Source: Mizuhopecten yessoensis (Eukaryota). Taken from it: 64,000 bases of DNA. This document shows, in pieces, positions 13,477 to 26,810 of this stretch. The notes beneath the pieces were generated by a model that did not search any database, had not been told where the DNA came from, and worked only from the letters and a program-made list of their open reading frames with translations. The position numbers and the translations under genes were made by a program. Numbering within the stretch: position 1 is the stretch's first letter; each line of letters starts with the position of its first letter. The DNA is taken from positions 809,671-873,670 of the forward strand of contig NW_018406103.1 of the NCBI RefSeq assembly GCF_002113885.1. Direction: 5' to 3'.

Positions 13477-13665
13477 TATTCCGTCTTTGCGTATTGCAGA
13501 GTTATCTTCTCTTGGGAGCAGGTATTGATTGTTACGTCACTGGTTTGTGAGAGCAACGTCATCAATTTTTGAGAAAACGACGTAATTTTCTCGCACAAAC
13601 AGTGACGTAACAATCAATACCTGCTCCCAAGAGAAGATAACTCTGCAATACGCAAAGACGGAATA
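13477..13665. mobile_element. Palindromic MITE with perfect 66-bp terminal inverted repeats, TA at both ends
   Basis: 13477-13542 (TATTCCGTCTTTGCGTATTGCAGAG...TTACGTCACTG) is the exact reverse complement of 13600-13665. Confidence 0.92.
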
Positions 13666-13914
13666 GTAAACTACAGATGTTATGTCTATTATGTCATTTG
13701 ACTAACTGTAAGGTAAGTTTAATTTTACTGTTAAGGCACAATACGGCATTATAGCGAAGTGTAAAATTATTAAACAGATATTGTGGATATTACAACAGAA
13801 TGACTAACATAAAACAAACTACAAATATTTCTTTCTTTTACAACAGTATGACTAACCGTAAAATAAGTAATAGATATTATTCCTTTTAACTTGTTCTTGT
13901 CATTCAGTAAAGAA

Positions 13915-14170
13915 GCTAAACCGTGTGCTATCGATAAGGTCAGCTAAACCTAATGTTGTCTTCAAGGCAAGCTTATCATGTCTACCATAACGGTACTCTA
14001 AACCAGACTTGATGAGTCTATCAAGGTTTAACTAAACCTAATGTTTCATTAGGGTTAATTTAACCTGATGATGCCTTCAAGGTTACCATAACCATATGAA
14101 GCCATGAAAATAAACTAAACATCATGGTATCGCTAACGTAAACTAAACCTGGTGTTGTCCATAAGATGAC
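13915..14170. repeat. Degenerate ~30-bp tandem repeat
   Basis: Recurrent CTAAACC(T)(A/G)ATG.TG.C.TCAAGGT motif. Confidence 0.55.
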
Positions 14171-14301
14171 AATTTATTATAATGACATCATGACACAAAC
14201 TATGAAAATGATGTTTACTGTCAATTTACATCCTTAGGTGGGAATTCGACAGAATTACGCCACACCAACACACACATATATAAATCACAAAACAAACAAT
14301 A

Positions 14302-14535
14302 TTAAGGGTGGCATGTAAGGGAGGGTTTTTCAATAAGGCAAATTTGGTATAAAGTTCTAAAAAGATGCTGCCACAAAATGGCGCCGTTGAAAATTTTCTT
14401 AAACATGAAGAAAGAGGCCTACAGCCAATGAGATTGTAGCGTGGGATGTCGGCCAATCAGAAACCTCAAAACAATGAGGCACCAAGATTGGGGGAGCGGC
14501 ATCCTAAGGGGGCTATGTTTGTAGCAACCTTTTAA
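14302..14535. mobile_element. Kolobok-like non-autonomous element (TTAA flanks)
   Basis: TTAA-GGGTGGC ... GTAGCAACCTT-TTAA imperfect ends; interior has AAAATGGCG and two CCAAT boxes. Confidence 0.5.
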
Positions 14536-15564
14536 CAACACTTGTCAAACAGTCTAATGCAGGATTTATGTGTCGCGACATAAAATCAATTATGTATATA
14601 ACTTGCATTTATGCCTACTCCACATAAAACTCAACACATGTATAGAATTGAATAAGGCCATCATAAGATGACAATTTCGGTAAGGTTGAATATAATATGA
14701 ACATGTAAACAATTATTCTATTTAGCTTCAGAAGATACCATAGTGAGGTCACGTACCCATGTTGAATGAATCAAATACCCCCAAAACTAACTAAGTTGGA
14801 GAAATATGAAAAATGTGTACTGGGCCAACTTCTTAAAATACTTCTTGTATAAGTTAAACAGAAATGTTCATATATTGTTTTTTGCGAAATGCCTGGAATA
14901 ATTTTTAGATCATATTTATTTCACTTATTAATTTACCTTACATTGCATAAACACGTGCGTATGTATGCGTTTATATTTTCCGTGTTAAACATTCTTAAAT
15001 CCTTCAGTTCCTTCAACTATAGACGCCAACTGATGATGAGGATGTTCCGTTAGGAAGGAAATACACAAAGTGCTTCAGATGCTGTTTTTTCTACTTAATT
15101 GGTGCGTTATTCATTTAAAGTGTTTGATAAGTAGTTCCACGTGTTTAGCGTCATTGAATGTGAAGTTTTCATGGTGATGTCTGCTATTTTGCATCAACGT
15201 AAAATGCACACTCATAACAGTTGCATGGGATCCAATATATTTTGATCAAAGGTAAAATAATTCAACAGTGATCTTCACATGAACTCTTTGCTGTATTCAT
15301 CAATCTAAAATTGTTCAGTTATAATAGGATAATAACCATTGCATTCGGGTTAATCGAATAATCGACAAAGCCAATAATGAAAACTTACCCGATTTCAATA
15401 TTATTTTAATATATTCTTTTAATCATAATCAGATTCTGTTTCGTGTTTTTCAATTTCAAAAAAAGGAAAGTCGCCAATCCCGGGCAAACTTATGTCCATC
15501 CTTGAAATGGTAATGTTATTTTCTTCAAATACGTTCAGCAATGAGAATAATGGCAACAACTCAT

Positions 15565-15800
15565 TTACCACTTATCAGTATAATGTGATTGGGTGGAGCA
15601 CAGTGCAGGGTGCCTTAGGCATATGGTATTTCAGTGAGGTAGCACTCTAATGTCGCCATTACGTCCGCGCTATGACACAGAGGTAAACACATCAACATAT
15701 CAGGCCTGCAGCACACATTCACACTTGCACGCGCACATTAATTACATGGCGGCACGTCCTTAAATGAACACTTAGCTGTTGCTAGGACGATAAACCAAGT
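15565..15800 (+). mobile_element. Meta-domain SINE, 5'-truncated
   Basis: TCAGTATAATGTGATTGGGTGG...TTCAGTGAGGTAGCACT (Meta-like), CA-rich linker, tail GTCCTTAAATGA..TTAGCTGTTGCTAGGACG; an isolated copy of the tail lies at 16430-16470. Confidence 0.65.
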
Positions 15801-16539
15801 AACCCCAAAATCGTTTCAAAGATTCAACAAAACTGGAAGAAAAACAGTTATTGTGAAAAAAGCAAAATCCAATATCGTTGAGAAAAGGTCACGTGAAAAG
15901 TGTTCGCGCCTCTGATAAAGTACATGTAAGATAAATATTCGGAAAGTTGAATAAAATTGAAAACAAACTGCACTTGTGTGAGTCATAACGAGGCGTAGTT
16001 CCATTACATCGCGTCAGATTTTATCATAGAAGAACTATAACGGTTACTCCCGTGTGTCTGTTTTTAACATTAAGTACATACAAGTGCACGCGAGATTTTT
16101 GTACCGTCCGTCCCTCGTAGATAACAGGCCAAATAACGGTGTATCACTGGGCCGTAACAAAGACCGCGCCGGCACCTGCTAGGATATATGCACGTACATT
16201 ACGTGCGTATCCATCTATTCAGTCACCGTGCAGTTTCAATGTTCTTCGCTCAAATGTACCTAAAGGATAAAGTTGCGTTTTAGGAATCACCTCCAATAAT
16301 TTTCTGTCGACATTCTAAAAGTACAGGATAAAGGATTATCTCACCGCTGCCAAAACATGCATGTTACTACACATTCGGGCCATGGTTTTGATCATTAAAA
16401 GTGGCGATGTACAATGTACATGCAATACACTTCCTTAAATGACCTTAGCTGTCGATAGGACGTCAAACCCTTCACACAATGATGGTATTTGATGTCATTT
16501 TTAACAATTTCTAGAAATATGAACATAAAACACACAAGG

Positions 16540-16770
16540 ATGGTTTACACCTTTAAGATGTGGTAATAGATACAGATTGCCGAAATTAATTTATATTGCA
16601 CCAGACATATTCCTTCCTTCAAGGACTCATCGGTGATGCTAGGGGCTATACTGTGGAAAACCGTAATGGGCTTAACTTATGTTGAAACAGAACAGGAGGC
16701 CCAGGAGCAAAAAAAAACATCAATTATGAATTTCAAAATTTAGAGGCGTATTGGTCAAATTTAATTAATA
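16540..16770 (-). mobile_element. Second retrozyme-like repeat with a degenerate hammerhead (core ~16598-16640)
   Basis: Minus strand GCATCA-CCGATGA-GTCCTTGAAGGAA-GGAA-TATGTC-TGGTGC; flanks match 10795-11030 (TACACCTTTAA, ATAGATAC, ATGAATTTCAAAATTT). Confidence 0.6.
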
Positions 16771-19154
16771 ATATTTCAATTTCTGCTCACGTTGGACTCA
16801 ATGCAACTGCCACATGTTACCTGTTTCAATTGCCGATTGATTTGACTAAATTAGCAATGTCTGTGCGAATGAATCTCGAAGGGAGATAACTATTGACATT
16901 TTGAAACAAAGATGTTGTATATTATTATTAGATACCACTGGTATGAGATTTTACATTTTTATTGAAGCTACATGTACACAAACAAAATGTTCAAGCAACC
17001 AAAAACGATCAATCAGAAAAATATCATCAGCTGTTGCTAGCGGTAGAGACAAGTCATGCTGCCCTAGAAATTCTCCCTCCAGTTACCATTCTTCCTCCTG
17101 TGTCCGTGTCATCACCCGGCTTTTTAGATACATATTTGAGTGTTTTAATTTATTTTACAGACAAAATTGTTTGGTTGATTCATTCACTTTATTATTGAAA
17201 AGCATCGCAAAAATTCAAATGTATTTCAATACGAAAGACAGCTCTCCTTTTTTGTCTCCAACAACAATGTGTTGATTGTTGGAATTACCCGAAAATATCC
17301 TTTGCGTCATATCTCTTTCCTGATGAATCTAAATTAACTAGATATTTAAAATGTCGGAGCCAATATGAACAGATTAATTTCCCATTCTTTCTGCTGTTGT
17401 GTCCCCCAAACCCTTTTTATATCATCAACATTTCCCAGAACACAATATGACGGTAGCTCCTATATCGATGTTTAGATATATGTATACATATATATCCACT
17501 AGCCCTACTGAAGATAGGCCTAGGACTACTCTTAAAAACATACTTTATCAGTTCATGACAGGGACAAATGAAGGCCTATATAATGTCACAGATTAGCAAA
17601 AGCTACATGGACGTGGCTTTTTTCTGACTTTTGAGGCTTTGCCTTTTTCATATTACATTTGCAGGCGAAATGAATGTAAAACTCAGATGGATCCTATACG
17701 CGCATATATCCTCCCTAAAACCTTTCACAATAATGCAAAATACAAATCAATCTACAATTGTTATTCGGAAGACCTTAAATTGGTGAAAAAAAATACACAA
17801 AAATACATTTATTCCGGAAAAACAACCTGCCTCCGTTGACTTAGTTGTATTTCATTACAATCGCTTGTTAAAATATTGCCGTGTATGGTATTTAACTCGT
17901 GAGCTTTTTCCACCATCTTTTTGACAGGATATCGATATCCACCTTCACTTTAGTAAGAAGAATATCGGCCTCGCTTTTATTCCCGATATCAGGGGTAACA
18001 TCAGTCAGACTGATCAGAACTGTGTTCGGTCGGTCCGGCATTGACTAGGCCCTAATACTAATACTGTCTAATAGTCGTTTTAGACTCGTCGATGCCTAAG
18101 TTAATGTCGCAAGAGGATGTTGTTTTATGTGAACCTACAGCTGCTTGGAAGAAGGCATGTATCAACTTGTTCTTCGAAGATGAGGCGGGTTTTTGTTAGC
18201 TTTGCAGCCATGTTTCCGCTGTTGACAACTTTAAAAATACTAATAATAAAATCGGCACCAGTTACCCTAGGTTGGAACTTCCGGATACGTACTGATTGTC
18301 GGCTGTCGGTTATACATTTAAATTTAATATATTTATCAATTGAACCACACATCATTTAATCACTTTTCCGAACAACAAAATGACTAAATAAATTAATTAA
18401 AATATAATAGAATATTTGAATTTTTGATGTGCATGCAACTGCTTATTTGCTTACGTGGCAGCTTCGCGCCTGTATTATATAAACGTATGTATTCATCAAC
18501 AATACTTAAATATGAAATTAAAAATATCTTTTTGTGTTTTGGTCCCTCATAGTTTGGCTGTATGAACTATAAGCGTACATCAGTTCATTAAATTTGTTTC
18601 AAGTCTGAAAACTCAATTCATCACCCCTGAAATCGGTCTAGGCAAGATTCAACCCTTAATGAAGTAAGGTGTTATATCATGAAGTGCACAACTACATAAA
18701 GAGATTACTATAGCCCGTCAAGGATACGGCAGCTGCGGGGATTGAAAAAAAATAACAAGCAGAGTCTTACATCGTGTTTTTAAAAAGATGAACGTGATTC
18801 ACACACACAGCTGATTGAACGCCTTGGTAAAACGTATTTAATGCAAAAAAAAACAAAAAAACTACGAAATGTACCCATAATTTAGTTCGACAAAATTGAT
18901 TTTCTACTTATTTATCTATACACCAGAAATATACATCCCAAACCTTCCTTAAGATGTCACTTGATGGCCAAATCACGTGACACTTTTGTTCTGGAAACTT
19001 GTATCACGAAAACGACGTTTTGAACTGCTTTCAGTTCAGTTCAATGTCGCGTGTTTTTCAACAAAATTCTAATAACATTTTGCATCTTTTTAAACATTAG
19101 CAAGTGTTCCTAGTTGTATCTACATAATACGTCGTTTCCGAGATAAATAAAATC

Positions 19155-19700
19155 TAATAACCTGTAACTGAGCGAGATCGGGTTACCTCAGTCGAGGGTT
19201 AAGATTCTGTAACAAAATTCCATCCGAGGCGTAAGCCGAGGTTGGGATGTTACAGAATCTTAGCCAAAGATACAGGAAATTGATTTTTTTTCTCGCACCT
19301 TTTAGTTCGAAAACAAAAAATTTATTTTGCTAAAAACTTCAAGTATCCCGTCTAGGGCCTTAAATGATAATGACCTCTTCACTACTTAAGCTACATTTGA
19401 ATGCTTCTGCGTAAAACTATAATCCGTTCTTACATAGATGACAACGTATTCACAGTGAAGATTATATTTTATCTACAACATCAAATATCTAACAACATCG
19501 AAACTATACATATAACAACAAAACAGAACATTTATAAAACAGATTGTCAATTTCAAGCAATTAACGCGCGGATGAATACATCGCAGTGTAAAAATTCCGC
19601 GAAATGTCACGTAAAGGTGCAAGACAGATCGGACGGGATAGTAAAATCTAGCATGGGGTATGACCAGGGATATCTCTGTCTGGGGTGCGAGAAAGAAGTT
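19155..19700. mobile_element. Non-autonomous element with an internal palindrome (possibly Crypton-like)
   Basis: TAAGATTCTGTAACA...CCGAGGCGTAAGCCGAGG...TGTTACAGAATCTTA hairpin; TTTCTCGCACC (~19290) is inverted as GGTGCGAGAAA (~19685). Confidence 0.5.
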
Positions 19701-20084
19701 TCAAGAACTAAAGTCCCGTGATTTGGTGGTCATATGCGGTACACTAAGGGGGCGTGTATGCTTCCGGTATAAACGTAAATCAGTAGCAAACCATACTTGT
19801 CGAAGTAAAAACTTGGTCAATTTGGACAAATATAACTGAATTTCCACATCCTTCATGAAAAGGATATCTACTGACTGGTACCCTGTCGTTAGACATGTAG
19901 TCTTGAATCGCACACTAGTGCTATTGCATGTTCTTGTGGGCATCTCTCATATGTTCAGTGCTTATCGGAACTACACATGCAAAACTGAAGTAAGATGTTT
20001 TTGTTTTGAAGAATCCAAAACGGACATAACATTCTGTAAAAGAAAAACAAAAAAAAATTGCATGTGGAAATGTTAGTCTTTAGT

Positions 20085-20265
20085 AACCGTTTAAACTTAT
20101 CACAATGTGGAAATTTTCGTTTGGACAATGGTTGTGAAATCTAAATATTTTATATATCTATAATCTATATCGCCATTAAGTAGATATTCGCGTGTGAATA
20201 TTTTCGCGTTAATTTACTCGAAACGCGAAAATGTCCACACCGCAAAAATTGTCTTTCTATACAGC
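20085..20265. mobile_element. Degenerate Tc1/mariner-type MITE
   Basis: TGGAAATTTTCG...CGCGAAAAT..CCACACCGCAAAAAT...TATACAG resembles 21024-21287. Confidence 0.45.
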
Positions 20266-21023
20266 AACCGGAAAGGCTCTTATAATGTAGCACGTTGCTG
20301 TACACGTATCTAGGTCTACCAGATTGTTTAAAGTAAAAATCGAAACGGTTCCACATTTTCTAATTTAAAAAAAGATGAATTCCTTCTATGTATGCAGATG
20401 ATTTATCGCCACTCACAACTAATAAAAAGATCAAATCAGCTATCAGATGAAAAACAAATCAAGCATACTGAAAATAAACCCAATATAGTGTGTCCACTGC
20501 CAGCTCTGTATCGCGACCCCTTGATGTTTAATGACGAGAATAAGTGTTTATATTCCCACATGGTGTAATTGCACAACGTGACACTAAACAAAAAATGATT
20601 ACTCTAATACTGGAATATCATTTTTTTCGATCTGAATGTTATTAAAAATCTTTATATGACAATAGGGAATCTACCATAACGGTAAATGGATATGTAATGG
20701 ATGGAATAGCTTTAGAACTGAGGTCGCCAGGCCGCCTCCCGCCCTCCTTCCGTGTTTCGGATTGATTGACCTAATAGTTTGATATTCAGTTCCCTACAAG
20801 GGTCGTTCAGCGAGCTCAAATTAATAGTTGTGAGCGTAAGAGTATTTTTTCCCAATAATCAGTATCGTGATATATATGTTGTATGATAGGCCTGTGCACT
20901 TATACATTGCGTTTCGTTTCGTATAAACCAAACAATAATTGTAAATCCGATATTTAGTACCTATAGATTATACACTTTGACATTGGAATAGCAATTGTAG
21001 AGGATTCAAGGTTATAGTACGAC

Positions 21024-21287
21024 TACTGTAAAAGCGGAAATTTTCGCGGTATGGAAATTCTTGTTTTTTCGGGTGGAGTAAATAAACACGAAAGTAAACT
21101 ATTAAATATAAATACAGAATATATACAACTCTAAACCATTGGGAACGCGATTTTTTTTCCCATTCTGCTGTTAGTTAAAAGAGTGATAACGTGAATATTT
21201 CCATACGCGAACATTTGAACTCTTTTGTCAGTTTATAGAATCATAACGCAAACATTTCAACACGCAAAAATATCCACTTTTAGAGTA
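21024..21287. mobile_element. Tc1/mariner-type MITE with TA ends
   Basis: Left TACTGTAAAAGCGGAAATTTTCGCG versus reverse complement of right end TACTCTAAAAGTGGATATTTTTGCG. Confidence 0.75.
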
Positions 21288-21620
21288 TTTAGTGTAAATA
21301 TATTTATTGCCAAACATGAGCATTATTAACGCCCGCTCCTTATAAAATATAAATCTTAGACTTAATGAGTCTTGTTGATACTGGAATCAATATAGACTAC
21401 AACACTTTTGCATTTTGCAGGATATCAGTATATTTTTTGATTGGAATCAACGTAAGGCAATTAAGAGATTTCCAATGTATTTAATGCATCCTTATATAGA
21501 GCTCATTAGGGTTACCTTTTATTGAATCACATTCCAACCAGATTCAATTAAGTAATGCAGTTCTTCTCGTTATACTCTTCGTAACCACTTTCTTTCATTT
21601 CCTGATGCACCCCTTCTACC

Positions 21621-21638
21621 NNNNNNNNNNNNNNNNNN
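21621..21638. other. Assembly gap (18 N)
   Basis: Seen directly. Confidence 0.99.
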
Positions 21639-21865
21639 CCCCGATTTCCTTACATATACAATATATAAATTTTTATTATTGGTCATTAAAATGGTACCGT
21701 CCAGCACAGCCAGCGCAGTGATATTCTGACACCAGATTATACTTTCAGCTTATCAAAAGTTCGTCACATCCCGTGATCAGTGGTTTACTCCTTTTCAATC
21801 GATCCTTTCTCGAAAATTCGTTTTCACTGCACTGACTATAACTGAATGGCCCATCACATGCCGTG

Positions 21866-22030
21866 ATAAATGTTTTTGACGAACATGGTAGAATATGAAT
21901 GTTTTTGACGAGCTTGGAAGAATATAAATGTTTTTGACGGGCTTGGTAGAATATAAATGTTTTTGACGAGCTTGGTAGAATATAAATGTTTTTGACGAGC
22001 ATGGTAAAATATAAATGTTTTTGACGAGTT
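21866..22030. repeat. 29-bp minisatellite, ~6 copies
   Basis: ATAAATGTTTTTGACGAGCTTGGTAGAAT at 21866, 21895 and onward. Confidence 0.9.
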
Positions 22031-22539
22031 TGACAAGTGAAAATATCAGTACATCAGACATACGAATAAAATATTTATGGTTTTCGACGAGCAATCTTTA
22101 ATTCTAATTTTCCATTTATTACAATTTTTACAATGTAGAGTATGTACAACGATGAAAATGTTTAAAGTGATCAAATTGCTATCGTCATATATTGCGCCAT
22201 TTTCTAATGAAGGAATACGTTACAGAAAGGGTGTTCGCCATTTAAAATGCGCAATTCATTTCTAATTATTTCTGCTCTTATCTGGAAAGATATGTTTTTA
22301 ACGTATTATCAAATGTGCAGTATGGGCAGATGGTCAGGTTATTATATTAACGTCAGAGAGCGATACAGTAGTATATGCATAAGTTATCAATCTCGACGGC
22401 CTTAAAAACTCTGATTTCATTTCGACAGAAGGAATCGATAACATGCTTCCTTTTCCCATCATCTTAGATTCGGAAACTATATTTTCTCTAAGATACCGAT
22501 ACGCATGTTTGACTTTTCAGTTGTTATCTGTACACCGGT

Positions 22540-22837
22540 CAAACCAATTCATCCATCAGTGGCCAATCAGTGACCACACGCCTCGTTAATTATTACTTGG
22601 AAACTAGACTCGCGAAACAAGGCATAAACAAGCTTCAATTTACAACAGATTATGGTAGAGACCGACCATGTTTTCTGTCCATTACCCTTCGGAAATGTAT
22701 GTAGCGACATGTGTCGTTTTCTGTATCGTAGACAAACCGTCCGTTAAACATGTTCCATTGGTAACGTTAAAAATCTACTTATTTTTCATTCCTTTTTAAT
22801 TGATTTATTGTTCGTCCGTCGGAATGATTCATGTGAG
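22540..22837 (+). promoter_or_regulatory. Candidate CCAAT promoter and first exon
   Basis: AACCAATT and GGCCAATCAG at 22543-22570; donor GAG|GTAAGG at 22837/22838. Confidence 0.3.
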
Positions 22838-25800
22838 GTAAGGGTCAGAATCTGTGTTTGCGCCCGAAGATCCCCTCACAGTGTGAACAATTAAGGAACA
22901 AATGCGATGGTTATCGATTTACTGGCTTTGTTTTCCCGATATGGCATTAGACCACAATTAATGCTCCCGGTTCGTTCGTACACGAATGTAGTGCATTTCT
23001 CAATTTAAGGCTCGTTTTTAAATGAGTTTTTATTTCTTTCATGTAAATGAAATGAAACTACATGACATACCAAAATAAAGTATACATTGTTCCCCCTTTA
23101 ATTAACGTGGTTGATCAATTTGTGTAAAAAATATTTTGGCGGAAGGATATAATATGTTGTTGGGCCCCTGAGTATGTATTTCAGGGTCATATCATAGTAC
23201 GACGGGGTAATGTTGATATAATTAAAATTATCTTTAAAATAAGCCGGTCATGAATACTTTTCCAGCTAACCACACATGTGTCTTCGATAGCTGAACAGAA
23301 CCTGTGAAAATCAGGTCTTGAGCCAAAATATATTACATTGTTTAAAGGGTTTTCTTTGGTGACATTAATTGTGGTCTGAGGCAATTGGTAGAGATTTTTA
23401 CCCACCGCCCTTCCTCTGCCCAGTGCTGTCCCTGTCATTCTGTACTCATACTGGTATTAACTGAATTATTTAAGTTGACTAGTTGAAAATTTTCTCTTTT
23501 TTTTTGTTTGGCTAGGTTTTAAGGCTATAACTCAAGGTAAGCGATAGAAATAAATAGATGGCGAAACCATGATGTTTAATCGGTTATCATGTGTATCTTT
23601 CATTTTATTAGTGAATAAAAACATGATGAAAAACTCCTTGAAAATTTTAAAGTGAAATAATTTCAAGTCAGATAAACACGATAACTTAGATATTACGTGT
23701 CATTGAACCTATATATATCTATATCGTATTCTGAAATGTTTACAACATTTAATTGATAACCCTTGTTACAGTCTTCGATACCAACAGCTTGCTGCCACTG
23801 CTAGTATCATTTTCATTCATTAGTGAAACGTGACACCAGGCACCGTACAGATCAGCACGTGCTCTTCACAGATGTAAAAACAAAAACTATATTTCAATTA
23901 AACACAAATGCATTCGTCTTGCCAACAGCAATGATAACATTAAATTGATTGCAGGTTTTTCGGACATTTTATGGACGTGGAAAACAGGTTAAGAACGACG
24001 TGCGGAGAAATATGAACGCCAACATGATTCACTGCGTAAAAGTTCTCACCGGATGTGTATAATAACAGACTAATTTACGAAACGATCCCCGGGAAGTACT
24101 GTGTACACCCACAACGCTGCATGTTCCGGATTGCGCGGGTGCGCGGTTTATAACTAACACACTAGAAGGGAGGGTCAGATAAGATTATACAGTGCCAGTC
24201 AGTGAAGTTTGATAGCAAATCGCATGTGCTTTTATAAATAAATTTAATCTTCATAATTATTCATATACCTAGGTCTTACAAAATCACACGTATTACCTAA
24301 ACTTCACGAAAACAATATATAAATGAAGGTGTTTTATTGAATAATAATAAGTTTTTACATAAGCTAACATGGAAACTATGTATTCTTCCGTCGTTGTTAT
24401 TTTAGCTAACAAAATGTGTCGAGTCTGGAATATTAAGTTGTTAATGCAAAAGTATAGTTATCTTAACTATGCGCGTGTATTAACTGTATGTGTATGTGTA
24501 CATAATGAAATACAAGTTGACAGAGGCGGCGGCGTGTCGACGACGAAATGAACGATGTCGGAAAAATGTCCAAGAGAAACAATATTCCATAAAACACTAT
24601 ATATCGATAACAGTTGGCCCTCGAGTTCCCTTTTAACCTATCACTGTCTAAATTGTTACTCTTCTTAGATCTCTCATCGCGAGTACTCATACATTACTCA
24701 TTTTACTGGTCATTTCATCCGGGATCTCTTTCCCAGTCACGCGCGTGTGCCGATAGAACATGACCTTGCATTGATATGGTCGTAAGTGACCAATACCCTG
24801 GTCCGAATGTGTTTATTGATTTTTTTCCATATACCAACGAAAGCTATCCGGAATGGTCTTCCGTTAGAACTTTAGTGCGTTCCCCGAACTTCCGGGATGA
24901 GTTTGAGTAAAGTCTAGGGTGCGATGCTGAGATACCGGTGCCGATTGGCTAGGCTTGCACTTAGGATCTTTGCCACAGGAATGAATTCACACGTCATCCC
25001 AGCATGATCTGCTATTTTACATGGATTTCTAATTGAGATAAAAAGGAGTGGTACTCATCCGTGCACGTTTCGTCTTTACATTTAAGAGTATAAATACACA
25101 CATCGGAACAAATTGCCATCATTTCACGTAATCAGTGAACGTTTTGGGGAACTACCGAGGGCACCGGTCATGCGGAGTGATAATGTGTTAAATTACTCAA
25201 AGTCTACATTTAGATTAAGTAAGTACAGACATGAAAAAAAACTTTTGTTAAGAAACAACTTCTTTGCTTATTCTTTAATACTAAAGAAACAATCACTGAC
25301 ATTTTTATATAAAAAACAATGTTATTTATGAAAAAAAAGTTTATTATTATATTTTTTTATTTTAACACTCTTCTTGATTTAAATCAAATTACTTACTGCT
25401 CGATATTTTTGATCAACAAAGATATACATTTGTAACAAGCGCGCGTAAAGTTCACCGTGGTTATGATAATCTTTGTCATCAAATATTGTCTATCTACATG
25501 TATTTACAGATTAAAATGACGGTATACATTGTAATATCCTCCCAAAAAAAAAAAAAATCCGTACGGTTTTTTTTAACCGGAATGCACCTGCTAATGTATC
25601 GACACGTGCATTTTCCGTTTGCGCGAGGATATCAAAGCCATACTTGTTATTTTGGGAACAAATCAGAAACACATAGAAGCGAAAGTTGCTGCGTCAAGCT
25701 AAAATATAAATATATTTATACTAGCACAAGTAAAGCTTATGTTATTGTTTTCTTCGTTCGGAAGACCGGCTGGTCAAGCGTTCGACCGAATGGTCAGCTT

Positions 25801-26187
25801 GATTGAGGATTGACGCTGACGCAATTATCTTTTTTTTGCCATCTGAATCTGTAAATTATTACTGTATTTTGAATAACATGGTTATAAAACATTCATCATT
25901 AGTTGAAATAGCTAGTATCTTATGATGCTCTATAGCTATATGACCGCACTCTCTACAGTAAAGAGACGATCAGCGATCAGCGCCCGTATTCGCTCTATAA
26001 TACGTTGTGAATGTTTAAGTATAAGTACTACATGTAATACATTCTAAGCCAGCAGTGTTTTTATATAACAAATGGATCACAACCAAACTGGCCACGTGGT
26101 TTAGACAATACGTCATGACGTTTGTTCATGGTAACCCTTTTTCCAATAATCCATATTTAAAGTCAATATATTTTTAATGTTTTCCAG

Positions 26188-26380
26188 GATGAAGTTAGAG
26201 CAATAATTCAAACCACATTTGATTGATCCCGAAAATAAACATTACCCGTTCAGCGATAAGGAATCACGATGCAACAGCATTGGGTGTTTTTACTCTGACG
26301 TCGGAGAACACACCGGAGTACCCAAGCTCAACTCGTGGAAGGAACATCAACAGTTATTTGCGTTGACGAAAATTTCAAAA
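26188..26380 (+). other. Candidate non-coding (UTR or lncRNA) exon, 193 nt
   Basis: Acceptor TTTTTAATGTTTTCCAG| and donor AAA|GTAAGT; early stops in all three frames. Confidence 0.45.
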
Positions 26381-26589
26381 GTAAGTAATGATTTTTGTAT
26401 AACATTCTACAGATAAAAACTGAAATGTACATCATATATATTTTTGTCCGTGTATACATGTGGATACTTAGTTAAACAATATTTCTTTAAACCACCCAAC
26501 ATGTGAGAGCAAACATTTCATCAATATACAAATCCTTTTTGTAGGCTCTTTGCAACAATATAAAAAAAACATAGTTTGATATGATCTAT

Positions 26590-26810
26590 GATGGTATTTA
26601 AAGACAATCGCTCCTTATGTATAGACATGTAGTCAATAAAGACATGTAGTCTATATTAAAAGGTGGTCGTTAAAGACAGGTAGTCTCTAAAGCCAGTGGT
26701 ACATGTGTTTATAGACATGTGATTTCTTTATATACTGGCGTTCTTTAAAAACAAGTTCTATTTTTAGACTTGCTGACTTTAAAGACATGTTCTTTAATAA
26801 CAGGTGGTAT
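26590..26810. repeat. Degenerate ~21-bp tandem repeat (GGTGGTC.TTAAAGACA), MITE-internal type
   Basis: Repeated AGACA(T/G)GT(A/G)GTC..TAAA; related motif at 57540-57600. Confidence 0.55.
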
